A model generated the notes under the pieces. The model made no database searches and was not told the DNA's origin. It saw only the letters and a list, made by a program, of their open reading frames with translations. Below are positions 9,752 through 18,507 of a stretch of 54,303 nt of DNA, one piece after another; position 1 is the first letter of the stretch, and every line of letters begins with the position of its first letter. Made by a program: the position numbers and the translations under genes. The DNA comes from Dehalococcoidia bacterium (lineage in GTDB: Bacteria; Chloroflexota; Dehalococcoidia; Bin125), in assembly GCA_022824765.1 (NCBI GenBank), contig JAJDZG010000083.1:1-54303 (forward strand). Direction: 5' to 3'.

Positions 9752-11329
9752 ATGCATCCTCCCACGACATTCGCATTGCGCGATGCCGAGGGCCGTGAGC
9801 GGCAGTTCCCGCCCGACGGCCCGGTGTTGCTCGCTCTGGTCAAAGAAGATTGCGACACCTGCAATCTGACGCTGCCGCTGCTCGAAAAGGTCCATCAGGC
9901 CACCGAAGACGGACTGGACGTCTGGGTCGCCGTGCAGAAGACCGACGACATCCCCGTCCTCAAAGAGCGGCACAGCCTGACCATGCCGCTGCTCGACGAC
10001 GACGCGCTCGACCTCTCCTACGAGACCGACATCGACACCGTGCCGACGCTCTTCCTCTATGACGAGCAGCAGAACTGCACGTTGCAGACCTTCGGCTTCG
10101 ACCGACACGAGTGGCGCGAGATCGCCTCGGAGTCAATGACGCTCGCCGGCCGTCCCGATCGCGACACCCAGATCGAATGGGACGCCCTGCCCGTGCAGCG
10201 TCCAGGCTGCGGCGCTCGCAACTACGAGCCAGGCGTCTACGAGCGTCTGCAAGCGCTCAAAAGCGGCGATCTCCTCTCGCGACTGGTCGACCTCGCCGCG
10301 TCCGACGACATCTACGAGTTCATGTACGAGCAGGGCTACACCGACGGCTTCCCGGTCGTCCCGCCCACCCGCGAGCGTGTCTGGAAGATGCTGCAAGGCA
10401 CCCAGCGCGACCCGCAGGACGACGTCGCCGTGATGCCGCCCAACCTGGCCCCGATCACGGTCGAAAAAATCGCCATCAACGCCGTTATGGCCGGCGCGAA
10501 GCCCGAGTATCTCCCCTCGATCATCACCCTCGTCGAGATCGCCTGCACAGAGACATTCAACATTCACGGCGTGCTCGCCACGACGATGGGCGCAACGCCG
10601 GTCGGCATCTTCAACGGTCCGATCCGCGACAGAATCGGGATGAACTACCTGCACGGCGCGCTCGGCTCAGGAAACCGCGCCAACGCCTCGATCGGCCGCG
10701 CGCTGCGTCTCTGTGCGCGCAATGTGGGCGGCAGCCTGCCCGGCGGCACCGACCGCGCCACGCAGGGCGGACCGCATCGCATGACGATGAACTTCGCCGA
10801 GAACGAAGCCGCAAGCCCGTGGGAGTCATACGCGGTCGAGCGCGGCTTCGAGCCAACCGACGACGTGGCCACCCTGATGGCCATGTCCGGCGGACCCGCG
10901 ACCGTCGCCGACGAACGAGCCCGCGACGGTCGCGCACTGGCCGGAACGCTGGCCGCGTCGATGTCCTGCATGCAAGACCCCAAATCGCCCATGGTCGACA
11001 CGCTGGTCGTGTTGTCTCCCGACCACGCGGGCATCTTCGGCCGCTCGGGTTGGTCGAAGGACGACGTGCGCGAGTGCATCATGGAGGAGACCTCGATCCC
11101 ACTGAAGGATCGACTGCGTTCCGACGACGCCGGCTGCGGCCTGCCGCCGGGCATCGTCGAACAGTTCGGCGGCGAGGCGGCGCTCGACATGCCGATCGCC
11201 AAGTTCCGCGACAAGTCCAACATCATTCTCGTGGTCGCAGGATCTTCGGCTGCGAAGTTCTCGACCATTCTCGGCGGCTGGGCCGGCGGCGCATACTCAA
11301 TGCCGGCCAGCAGTAAGATCGGCGTCTGA
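9752..11329 (+). CDS. Redoxin (TlpA/AhpC-like, CDTC) fused to a UGSC-associated 'TDGxPVVPPT' domain
   Basis: N-terminal FALRDAEG...VLLALVKEDCDTC...VPTLF thioredoxin fold; then RPGCG and TDGFPVVPPTRERV...TVEKIAINAVMAG...GNRANASIGRA...SPDHA. Confidence 0.8.
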   Translation: MHPPTTFALRDAEGRERQFPPDGPVLLALVKEDCDTCNLTLPLLEKVHQATEDGLDVWVAVQKTDDIPVLKERHSLTMPLLDDDALDLSYETDIDTVPTLFLYDEQQNCTLQTFGFDRHEWREIASESMTLAGRPDRDTQIEWDALPVQRPGCGARNYEPGVYERLQALKSGDLLSRLVDLAASDDIYEFMYEQGYTDGFPVVPPTRERVWKMLQGTQRDPQDDVAVMPPNLAPITVEKIAINAVMAGAKPEYLPSIITLVEIACTETFNIHGVLATTMGATPVGIFNGPIRDRIGMNYLHGALGSGNRANASIGRALRLCARNVGGSLPGGTDRATQGGPHRMTMNFAENEAASPWESYAVERGFEPTDDVATLMAMSGGPATVADERARDGRALAGTLAASMSCMQDPKSPMVDTLVVLSPDHAGIFGRSGWSKDDVRECIMEETSIPLKDRLRSDDAGCGLPPGIVEQFGGEAALDMPIAKFRDKSNIILVVAGSSAAKFSTILGGWAGGAYSMPASSKIGV

Positions 11330-11391
11330 CGCCGCAACATCGCGCAATGCGCGCCGCGACCCTGCAGTCGGCGCGTTGATGGAGAGGTCCC

Positions 11392-11922
11392 ATGGTTACG
11401 CAGATCCTCGACCCGACAGACGAACGAGTGCCGATCAAGCGCTCCCTCACGCCGCGCCCTGAAGCGCTGCATGGGACGATCGCCCTGCTCGATATCTCCA
11501 AGCCGCGCGGTGACAAGTTCCTCGACCGACTCGAACAGCTCCTGCACGAGCGCGCGCCGGGCGTCGAGACCCGTCGGTTCATGAAGCCGACCGTCGCCAA
11601 GCCCGCCCCCGAACCGATCAAACAAGCGATCCTGGAGGAATGCGACTTCGTCATCGAAGCGCTCGCTGATTGAGGATCCTGCACGACGTGCAGTGTGCAC
11701 GACACCGTCTTCTTCGAACTGCAGGGCAAGCCCTCGGTCTTCGTCGCCACCTCTGAGTTCATCAAGGCCGCCAGCCACCAGGCCGAGCGGCTCGGACTCG
11801 AAGAGGTGCGGCGCGTCTTCATTCCGCATCCGATGCAGGACCGCACCGATGCAGAGATGCATGAACACGCCGAGCGCTTCATCGACGAAATCCTGGACAC
11901 CCTCATGGCCCCTGTCGAGTAA
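11392..11922 (+). CDS. UGSC-motif selenoprotein (176 aa, Sec at TGA 11671-11673)
   Basis: ORFs 11392-11673 and 11695-11922 share a frame; the junction reads GAT TGA GGA TCC TGC ACG ACG TGC = D-U-G-S-C-T-T-C. GGAGAGG RBS precedes 11392; the downstream half has no RBS; a SECIS-like hairpin follows. Confidence 0.9.
11685..11703 (+). promoter_or_regulatory. Candidate bacterial SECIS element
   Basis: CGTGCA-GTG-TGCACG 6-bp stem (11687-11701) with a G-U-G loop; the first loop G (11693) is 20 nt after the UGA. Confidence 0.6.
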
Positions 11923-11933
11923 CCCACGGGTTC

Positions 11934-12032
11934 CCACTTCACCTCTCCCCCCGCACTGCGGGGGAAGAGGCCGCTCCACTTCACCTCTCCCCCTCCGGGG
12001 GAGATGCCGAAGGCAGAGGGGGGCTCCCCCCT
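11934..12032. repeat. REP-like palindromic intergenic element with an 18-bp direct repeat
   Basis: CCACTTCACCTCTCCCCC at 11934-11951 and 11976-11993, each opening a GC-rich hairpin (CCTCTCCCCCCGCACTGCGGGGGAAGAGG; CTCCCCCTCCGGGGGAG followed by TGCCGAAGGCA). Confidence 0.7.
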
Positions 12033-12060
12033 CCACCGAGAACCCACCTAAGGCCCCACC

Positions 12061-13173
12061 GTGTCCGCCGATCCCGCATCCTCAGCGCGAATCATCGACA
12101 TCGCCGAACACGTCGATGTCCATGAGTTCATGTTCGACCAGGGCATCACCGACGGTCTGCCGGTCGTGCCCCCGACCCGCGAACGGGTCGACCGCATGCT
12201 CGCCGCGTCGCCCGACCATTGGAACGATCCCAGCGCAGAGATCGCCAAGCTGCCCCCGAACTATGGACCGCTCACGGTCGAGAAAGCGGCCATCAACGCC
12301 GTCATGGCGGGCTGTGCGCCGTCCTGCTTCCCGACCGTGCTGGCCTCCATCGAGGCAGCGGCCGATCCGCGCTTTCCACTCCACGGTTCGATCGCCACGA
12401 CCGCTGGCCTGGCCCCGCTAATGCTCGTCAACGGACCCGTCCGCGAGCAGATTGGGATGAACTGGGGCTTGAACGCGCTCGGTCAGGGCAACCGCGCCAA
12501 CTCAACCCTGGGGCGCGCGCTGCGGCTGATGCTGCGCAACGTCGGCGGCGCGGTGCCCGGCGAGATCGAGCAAGCCATCCAGGGCGGCGGTCACAAGTGG
12601 ACCCTCTCCTACGCCGAAGACGAAGACACCTCGCCGTGGGAACCCTTCCACGTCGAGCACGGCTGGAATCCTGAGGACAGCGTCGTCTCCCTGATGGCCA
12701 CGACCGGCGGGCCGCGCGTCTGCATCGATCAGACCAGCCGCAACGCGCGGGCCCTGACCGGATCCATCGCAATGGCCTTCCAACAGGTGGTCAAGCCGCG
12801 CGGACAGGTGTCGCCCACGATGTTCGTCATCTCGCCCGAGCACGCCGATGTCTACCGCGCGGATGGTTGGACAAAGGACAACATCCGCGAGGCGATCATG
12901 GAGTTCACCGCTCTGCCGCTGCGTGATCGTCTGGCCTCACCAACGCTGGGCGGCGGCATCAACGAGTACGCGCCGCAGCAGTACGGCCTGACCGAAGAGC
13001 AGCTCGACCTGCCGTTGTCCAAAGTGGCGCATCCGTCGTTCATCCAGATCACCGTCGCCGGCAGCCATGCGGGGAAATGGACGAGCATCTATCAAGGCAT
13101 CTTCGGAGACGGCGACCCGACCAAACCGCCGCCCGGCCCGTTCGTCCCGCCCGCTGCCCGTGTGCGCTCCTGA
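12061..13173 (+). CDS. Stand-alone UGSC-associated 'TDGLPVVPPT' domain protein (paralogue of the 9752 C-terminal domain)
   Basis: TDGLPVVPPTRERV, TVEKAAINAVMAG, GNRANSTLGRALRL, SPWE, SPEHA, VAGS. Confidence 0.8.
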   Translation: MSADPASSARIIDIAEHVDVHEFMFDQGITDGLPVVPPTRERVDRMLAASPDHWNDPSAEIAKLPPNYGPLTVEKAAINAVMAGCAPSCFPTVLASIEAAADPRFPLHGSIATTAGLAPLMLVNGPVREQIGMNWGLNALGQGNRANSTLGRALRLMLRNVGGAVPGEIEQAIQGGGHKWTLSYAEDEDTSPWEPFHVEHGWNPEDSVVSLMATTGGPRVCIDQTSRNARALTGSIAMAFQQVVKPRGQVSPTMFVISPEHADVYRADGWTKDNIREAIMEFTALPLRDRLASPTLGGGINEYAPQQYGLTEEQLDLPLSKVAHPSFIQITVAGSHAGKWTSIYQGIFGDGDPTKPPPGPFVPPAARVRS

Positions 13174-13189
13174 GCGGCCCGTATCTCGC

Positions 13190-13831
13190 ATGGCCGCAAC
13201 GTCTCTGGAACTGGACCGGCTGCAGGGACTGCGAACCCATCTCGCATCGCAGCCACGGGTCACGATCGAAGTCGGCGACCACAGCGTCTCGCTCGCCTCA
13301 CGGCACGGCTTGTTCTCAGCCCGATCGCTCGACGACGGCACGGCCATGATCCTGCGCGAACTGGAGTCGCTGCCGGCTGCGGCGCGCGTCCTCGATCTGG
13401 GCTGTGGATACGGCGCGCTCGGCATTCCTCTCGCGCTGCGCTGGCCCGACGCCAAGGTCGTAATGGTCGACGTTGACCTCCGCGCCATCGAGGCGGCTCG
13501 CGAGAATGTGGAACGACTTGGCCTGCAACACACCGCTGTACTCCCGTCCGACGGCGTGAGCGCCGTTCGATCGCTGCCGCGCTTCGACCTCGTCGTCTCC
13601 AATCTGCCCGCGCAAGCCGGCAACGATGCGCTGGATGAGTTGCTGTTGGGCGCGCACGATGTCCTGGCGGCGGACGGCCTGCTCGTAGTGGTCGCGGTCA
13701 ACGGTCTGCGGACCTATCTGCAACGCCGATTGGCGGACATCTTCGGCAGGCGGCAGACCTCGAAAGTGCGGCAAGGTCAGCGGCACACGGTCTTGCAAGC
13801 CGTGCGGTCGGCGGCGAGCATATCGCCATGA
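13190..13831 (+). CDS. Class I SAM-dependent methyltransferase (RsmC/MTS-like)
   Basis: GLFSARSLDDGT, VLDLGCGYG, VDVD, FDLVVSNLP; start revised to ATG 13190. Confidence 0.85.
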   Translation: MAATSLELDRLQGLRTHLASQPRVTIEVGDHSVSLASRHGLFSARSLDDGTAMILRELESLPAAARVLDLGCGYGALGIPLALRWPDAKVVMVDVDLRAIEAARENVERLGLQHTAVLPSDGVSAVRSLPRFDLVVSNLPAQAGNDALDELLLGAHDVLAADGLLVVVAVNGLRTYLQRRLADIFGRRQTSKVRQGQRHTVLQAVRSAASISP

Positions 13832-15216
13832 GTTCGCCGCTGGCGCCGAGCCGTCCGGGCATGACCGAGCCGCTGCGCTTGCGTGAGTTCCGCCTGCTGC
13901 TGATCGGCTTCATCCTCGGTCAATCGATGATGCCGCTGCAGTTCGTCACGTCGATCGCCTGGATTCAGCACGTCGCCGCCGACGAAGTCGAGATCATCAT
14001 GGTCGGCGCGATCGGCACGATCCGCGGACTCGGCATGATCGGCTTTGGATTGTTCGGCGGCGCGCTGGCCGACCGCTTTGACCGCCGCCGCCTGCTGATG
14101 GTGACGCAGACGCTCGCGTTCGCCTGCAATATCGGTATCGCCGTCGTGATGTGGACAGGCGCCGGCGGCGCAGTCGAGATTGGCATCTTCTTCCTGCTCA
14201 CGATCATCGCGTCATCGGCGCACGCCATCGACGGTCCTACCCGCCAGGCGATCACGCCCGAGATCCTTGGCCCGCGCCTGACCCCAGCCGGCATTGCCCT
14301 GAACTCAGCCGCGATGCAGCTGGCCATGCCCTTCTCCATCTTCGCGTCAGGCCTGCTCATCGACTCCTTGGGACACGGCACGGTGTTCGCCATTTCCTCG
14401 TTCGGACACCTGGGCGAAGTGCTCGTTTTGGCGTTGATGTCCTACCGCACCGTGTTCTCGGCCGAGCACATGAAGAGCCTCGCGGAGCGCGGACAGGGTC
14501 CGCGTCAGGCGCTCTCCGACATCGCCGCCGGTCTGCGCTACGCGCGATCCAAACCGGTCGTGCTCTGGACCGTGCTGATCGTCGTGCTGATGATGTCCCT
14601 GATCATGCCGCCGACCGGCACGCTCGGCCCACAGTGGGTGACGACCGTTGTCGGAGCGACCTGGTCGGAGTTCAGCTTTATCGCTGTCTTCTGGGGCGGC
14701 GGCGCGATGATCGCCTCCCTGATCCTGGTGCGCTTCTCCTGGATCGAGCGCAAGGGCCTGCTGACCGCCGCCGGCGTGATCGTCATGGCACTCGGATTCG
14801 TCGTCTTCACCAATCCGCCGACGACGATCAACGCGATGGCAGGCAACTTCCTGCTCGGCGTCGGCATGTCAATCGCGATGGTCAGCGCGAACTCGACCCT
14901 CGCGCACGAAACACCCAACGAGATGCGCGGACGGATCATGGGCCTGATCTTCCTCGGCATGGGGATCGCGCAGGCGGTCGGTCTGCCGCTCGGAGCGCTC
15001 GCGCAGTGGCTGACCATGGAGACGCTGTTCCCGCCGTTGTCCTACGCCGTGCTGGCGGTGTTGGCGGCGATCATCGTCCTCCGACCTGTCATCCTGCGCG
15101 CGCGCGTGCCTCAGCACCCCCCAGAGGCCGCGGCGGCGCCGAGCGCCGCCGTGCGGCGCGTCCTCAACGGCGCCGCCAGCAGGATCATCCGCGCTGCGCC
15201 CCAGCACGCGCGTTGA
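13828..15216 (+). CDS. MFS transporter
   Basis: Multiple TM helices, motif A GGALADRFDRRRLL, PNEMRGRIMG; 4-nt overlap with the methyltransferase. Confidence 0.92.
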   Translation: MSSPLAPSRPGMTEPLRLREFRLLLIGFILGQSMMPLQFVTSIAWIQHVAADEVEIIMVGAIGTIRGLGMIGFGLFGGALADRFDRRRLLMVTQTLAFACNIGIAVVMWTGAGGAVEIGIFFLLTIIASSAHAIDGPTRQAITPEILGPRLTPAGIALNSAAMQLAMPFSIFASGLLIDSLGHGTVFAISSFGHLGEVLVLALMSYRTVFSAEHMKSLAERGQGPRQALSDIAAGLRYARSKPVVLWTVLIVVLMMSLIMPPTGTLGPQWVTTVVGATWSEFSFIAVFWGGGAMIASLILVRFSWIERKGLLTAAGVIVMALGFVVFTNPPTTINAMAGNFLLGVGMSIAMVSANSTLAHETPNEMRGRIMGLIFLGMGIAQAVGLPLGALAQWLTMETLFPPLSYAVLAVLAAIIVLRPVILRARVPQHPPEAAAAPSAAVRRVLNGAASRIIRAAPQHAR

Positions 15217-15282
15217 CACCGATCGCCTGCACGCTGCGTTAACATCAATCTGACCGATCTGAAACCCAATGGAGAGCCTGCC

Positions 15283-16449
15283 ATGGAGTATCGATTCAGC
15301 GACAAAGCCCGCGCGTTTGAGTCCGAAGTGAACGACTTCCTCGACAGCGAGTGGACGCCGGAGTTGCGCGCGACCATCGGCGATCCCAACACCGACACGA
15401 TGACCCAAGAGCGGGGCTTTCGCAGACTCCTGGCGGATCGCGGCTGGCTCACCATGTCATGGCCGGCCGAGTACGGCGGGCAGGAACGCTCGCTGGAAGA
15501 GCAGTACCTGTTCTGGGAAGCGATGAACTACGCGGGTGCGCCGCAAGCCACCGTGGCGACGCAGCAAGTGGGGCCGACCTTGATGCGCTTTGGCACCGAG
15601 GAGCAGCAGGAACGCTTCCTGCCGCCCATCGCGCGCGGTGAAGTCGAGTTTGCCTTGGGCTACACGGAGCCCGACGCGGGCTCCGACCTCGCCTCGCTGC
15701 AGTTGCGAGCGATCAAGGATGGCGACGACTACATCCTCAACGGCATCAAGCGGTTCACATCCGGTGCTCACCGCAGCGAGTACGTCTGGCTGGCGACACG
15801 GACCGATCCCGACGCGCCCAAGCACCGCGGCGTATCGATGATGCTGGTCGACATGCAGTCACCCGGCATCACCGTCAAGCCGCTCTGGACGATGGCCGGC
15901 TATCGCACGAACGAGGTCTACTTTGAGGACGTGCGCGTGCCCACCAACGTGCTCGTCGGCGAAGAAAACCGCGGTTGGTACTACGCCGCGCACGCGCTCG
16001 ACCGCGAACGCATCTCCATCTTCACCGTGTCGTCTGTCCGCGCCGTCTACGACCGCCTGTTCGATTGGGCCTCGTCGGAGACGCCCATGGGCCGCCCCAT
16101 CGACGACGCAGGTATTCGCGGAACGTTTGCGGACTTCAAGGTCCAGCTGGAGGTGCTCCAGCACCTGTCCTACCGCATCCTCGACATGCTGAAGCGCGAC
16201 GAATCGCCAAACCACGAAGCGAGCCAGGTCAAGATCTTCTCGACCGAAATGATGCAGCGCCTGCAGAACTTCTCGCTGCACGCCATGGGCCTCTATGGGC
16301 AGCTGAATAGCAACGATCAGCGCGCGCCGATCGGTGGATCCGCCGAGAACGGGTACCTGGCAGCGGTCATGCCCACCTTCGGCGCCGGCGGCAATGAACT
16401 GCAGCGCAACATCATCGCCCAGCGAGGCTTCGGCTTCCCCCGCGCCTAA
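15283..16449 (+). CDS. Acyl-CoA dehydrogenase (FadE26-like subgroup)
   Basis: WPAEYGG, LGYTEPDAGSDLASL, NEVYFEDVRVP, LDRER, TFGAGGNELQRNIIA. Confidence 0.92.
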   Translation: MEYRFSDKARAFESEVNDFLDSEWTPELRATIGDPNTDTMTQERGFRRLLADRGWLTMSWPAEYGGQERSLEEQYLFWEAMNYAGAPQATVATQQVGPTLMRFGTEEQQERFLPPIARGEVEFALGYTEPDAGSDLASLQLRAIKDGDDYILNGIKRFTSGAHRSEYVWLATRTDPDAPKHRGVSMMLVDMQSPGITVKPLWTMAGYRTNEVYFEDVRVPTNVLVGEENRGWYYAAHALDRERISIFTVSSVRAVYDRLFDWASSETPMGRPIDDAGIRGTFADFKVQLEVLQHLSYRILDMLKRDESPNHEASQVKIFSTEMMQRLQNFSLHAMGLYGQLNSNDQRAPIGGSAENGYLAAVMPTFGAGGNELQRNIIAQRGFGFPRA

Positions 16450-16452
16450 CGA

Positions 16453-17130
16453 CTAACCGTCGGAACCGCGCGACGCCAACCAGCGGCGAGTGTTCGGCGC
16501 GATCTCCGCCGGCAGTTGGGGCAGCACCTGTTCCAGCCAGCGCAAGTCGGCCGGCGTGTCGAGGTCGAAGGCCCAGACATCGATCTGCGCCTCCCGGAAT
16601 GGCACCCCGGCCTCTCCCGCCGCCGCGGCCGACTGGGCATGCGCTCGAGCGGAAGACGGTCCGAACTGCGGCGCGATCACCTCAGGCGGGCGCAGCAGCA
16701 ACCCGTTCGTCCCGCCATTGTGCGCCGGCGCGACGACCACAGACGCTCCGACCGGCGCGGAGGCGACCAGCACGTCAACCGAATCGGGCGTGATCAGCGG
16801 GACATCGGCCGGGACAATCAGCAGCGCATCCGCACCCGAAAACTCGGACTGCGCGAAGGCCACCGCTCGGTTGTAGCCAAGTCTCAGCCCGGTTTGGTCG
16901 AGGAAGTCGACGCCGAGACGGGCGGCCTCAACCGCCGCCGCGGCATCGCGCGACGCAATCACGACGCGGTCCACCAGCTCGGCCGATGTCAGGGCGTCGA
17001 CCACGTCGTCCAGCATCGCGCGGACCAACGCGTTGCGATCATCCACGTCGAGCAGCGCCGCCAACCGCCGTTTGCCCGCGGGCAAGCCGCGGACCGGCAC
17101 CACAGCGATCAACCCACCCTCAGACGCCAT
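16453..17130 (-). CDS. cofC: 2-phospho-L-lactate/PEP guanylyltransferase (F420 biosynthesis)
   Basis: AVVPVR...GKRRL, AMLDDV, VPADVP, GGTNGL, FGPSSARAH, FDLDTPADL; downstream of cofD. Confidence 0.9.
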   Translation of the reverse strand: MASEGGLIAVVPVRGLPAGKRRLAALLDVDDRNALVRAMLDDVVDALTSAELVDRVVIASRDAAAAVEAARLGVDFLDQTGLRLGYNRAVAFAQSEFSGADALLIVPADVPLITPDSVDVLVASAPVGASVVVAPAHNGGTNGLLLRPPEVIAPQFGPSSARAHAQSAAAAGEAGVPFREAQIDVWAFDLDTPADLRWLEQVLPQLPAEIAPNTRRWLASRGSDG

Positions 17131-18061
17131 GTCCGGCCGCCTCCAGCACTCCGCGCGCAAGCGCCGTCTTGGCGGCCGCGTCGACCATCAAGGTCGGCAG
17201 CACGACGACGCCCAGGCCAGTCTCCGCTGCAATCTCACCGGCCAACGCGGCATCGGCCTGATCAATCACGAACGTGTCGGCGACATCGGCGTAGAGTCTG
17301 GCCACGCCGAGCGCTGACACGTCGTGCCCCAGTGAGGCCATGATCTCCGCCGCCGGACCCTTCACGGCCTGGCCGCCGATGATCGGGCTGACCGCGACGA
17401 CCGGCGCACGAGCCTTGATCACCGTCTCCCGCATCGTTCGCACGCTCAGGATTGGCTCGATACTCAGAAACGGGTTGGACGGCGCGATCACAATCACCTC
17501 AGCCTCAAGCAGCGCGAGGATCGCTCTCGGCAATGGCTGCGCGGTCTCGATGCCGTCGAATCGGAGCGATCGCACGCTGTCGGACGCGCGGCGGCGCACA
17601 AAGTAGTTCTGAAAGGAGAACTCCCCCGCGTCGGTGTTGACCAACGTGCGCAAGCGGTCGTCGGTCGCGGGCAAGATGTTCAGTTCCAGACCAGCGCCTC
17701 TGACCAGATCACGAGTGATCGTGGACAGCGGATTGCCCTCCTCCAGCCAGTGAGTACGGAAGAGGTGCGTGGCCAGATCGAGGTCGCCGATCATGAACCA
17801 GTCCGGCCCGCCAAGATCGGAGAGGCGGTCGAGCGTCCGCCGCGATTCACCGCGCAGCCCCCAGCCCGTCTCGGGGTTGACCATGTCGGCGAGCGTGTAG
17901 ATGACCGTGTCGATGTCGGGCGAGATGTGCAGTCCCGCCCACTCCATGTCATCGCCGACGTTGACGATGGCCGTGACGTCTCGCGGCGGCAGCACGCGGA
18001 CGAGTCCGTCCAGGAATCGTGCAGCTCCGACGCCGCCGGCGAGCACCGCTGCGCGCGTCAT
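17120..18061 (-). CDS. cofD: 2-phospho-L-lactate transferase (F420 biosynthesis)
   Basis: LAGGVGAARF, VNVGDD, ISPDIDT, IGDLDLATH, APSNPFLSI, VSPIIGG, KGPAA. Confidence 0.95.
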   Translation of the reverse strand: MTRAAVLAGGVGAARFLDGLVRVLPPRDVTAIVNVGDDMEWAGLHISPDIDTVIYTLADMVNPETGWGLRGESRRTLDRLSDLGGPDWFMIGDLDLATHLFRTHWLEEGNPLSTITRDLVRGAGLELNILPATDDRLRTLVNTDAGEFSFQNYFVRRRASDSVRSLRFDGIETAQPLPRAILALLEAEVIVIAPSNPFLSIEPILSVRTMRETVIKARAPVVAVSPIIGGQAVKGPAAEIMASLGHDVSALGVARLYADVADTFVIDQADAALAGEIAAETGLGVVVLPTLMVDAAAKTALARGVLEAAGHGV

Positions 18062-18429
18062 CCGGCCGCCTCGTTGTTGATCCGCAGCGTCAGCTGGACA
18101 TCGCCATCGTCAACCTGCAACAGCTCAAGCTCCGCGCGATCGCTGCGCAGAGTCAGTTCCAGCAGGTCACCCGCTCGTTCATCCGCCCGTTCATCCGCCA
18201 ACGCATCGCCAGACGGTTCAAAGGAAATCACGTCGAAGGCCTCTCCGTGCTCGAAATTCAGCTCTGATTCGGCCACAACGCCATCGCGGTCGACGACCAG
18301 CCGCAGGGCGATGCTGATCGACTCGGCCGCCTGCTCGCCGACCAGTTCGATGTGGCGGCTGCCGTCCAGCTGCCGCTCGTCCTCGACAATCTCGGCGATC
18401 AGCGTCAGGGGCGCAGTCTCGTGTTGCAC
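18058..18429 (-). CDS. Hypothetical acidic beta-rich protein, translationally coupled to cofD
   Basis: GTG start at 18429 with TACGAT 6 nt upstream; 4-nt overlap with the cofD start; natural-looking composition. Confidence 0.6.
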   Translation of the reverse strand: MQHETAPLTLIAEIVEDERQLDGSRHIELVGEQAAESISIALRLVVDRDGVVAESELNFEHGEAFDVISFEPSGDALADERADERAGDLLELTLRSDRAELELLQVDDGDVQLTLRINNEAAG

Positions 18430-18507
18430 GTGAGGATCGTACAACCGACCGCGCACACGCTGGGTCAGTGGTTGACCGACTCGCGCGCGCACGTGAACCT
18501 TGCCCTG

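Noticed and set aside
11392-11922. Two separate genes or a nonsense pseudogene
   Set aside because: The single stop is TGA at a UxxC position, the frame is continuous, a SECIS-like hairpin follows, and the second half has no RBS.
11934-12032. CRISPR array or intrinsic terminator
   Set aside because: Only two 18-bp units, no spacer series, no cas genes, and no U-tract.
10111-12421. Long alternative-frame ORFs (10111-11316, 10645-12036, 11693-12421) and similar shadow ORFs across the window
   Set aside because: They overlap well-supported genes, are Arg/Pro/Ala-rich or antisense in-frame, and are expected in high-GC DNA.
11327-13173. Sec read-through at the TGA stops of the two TDGLP-domain genes (11327-11329, 13171-13173)
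   Set aside because: No redox-motif context, the paralogues end at similar positions, and the downstream frames look non-coding.
15213-15245. TTGACA...TAACAT promoter for the acyl-CoA dehydrogenase
   Set aside because: The spacer is 21 nt, and TTGACA overlaps the upstream stop codon.
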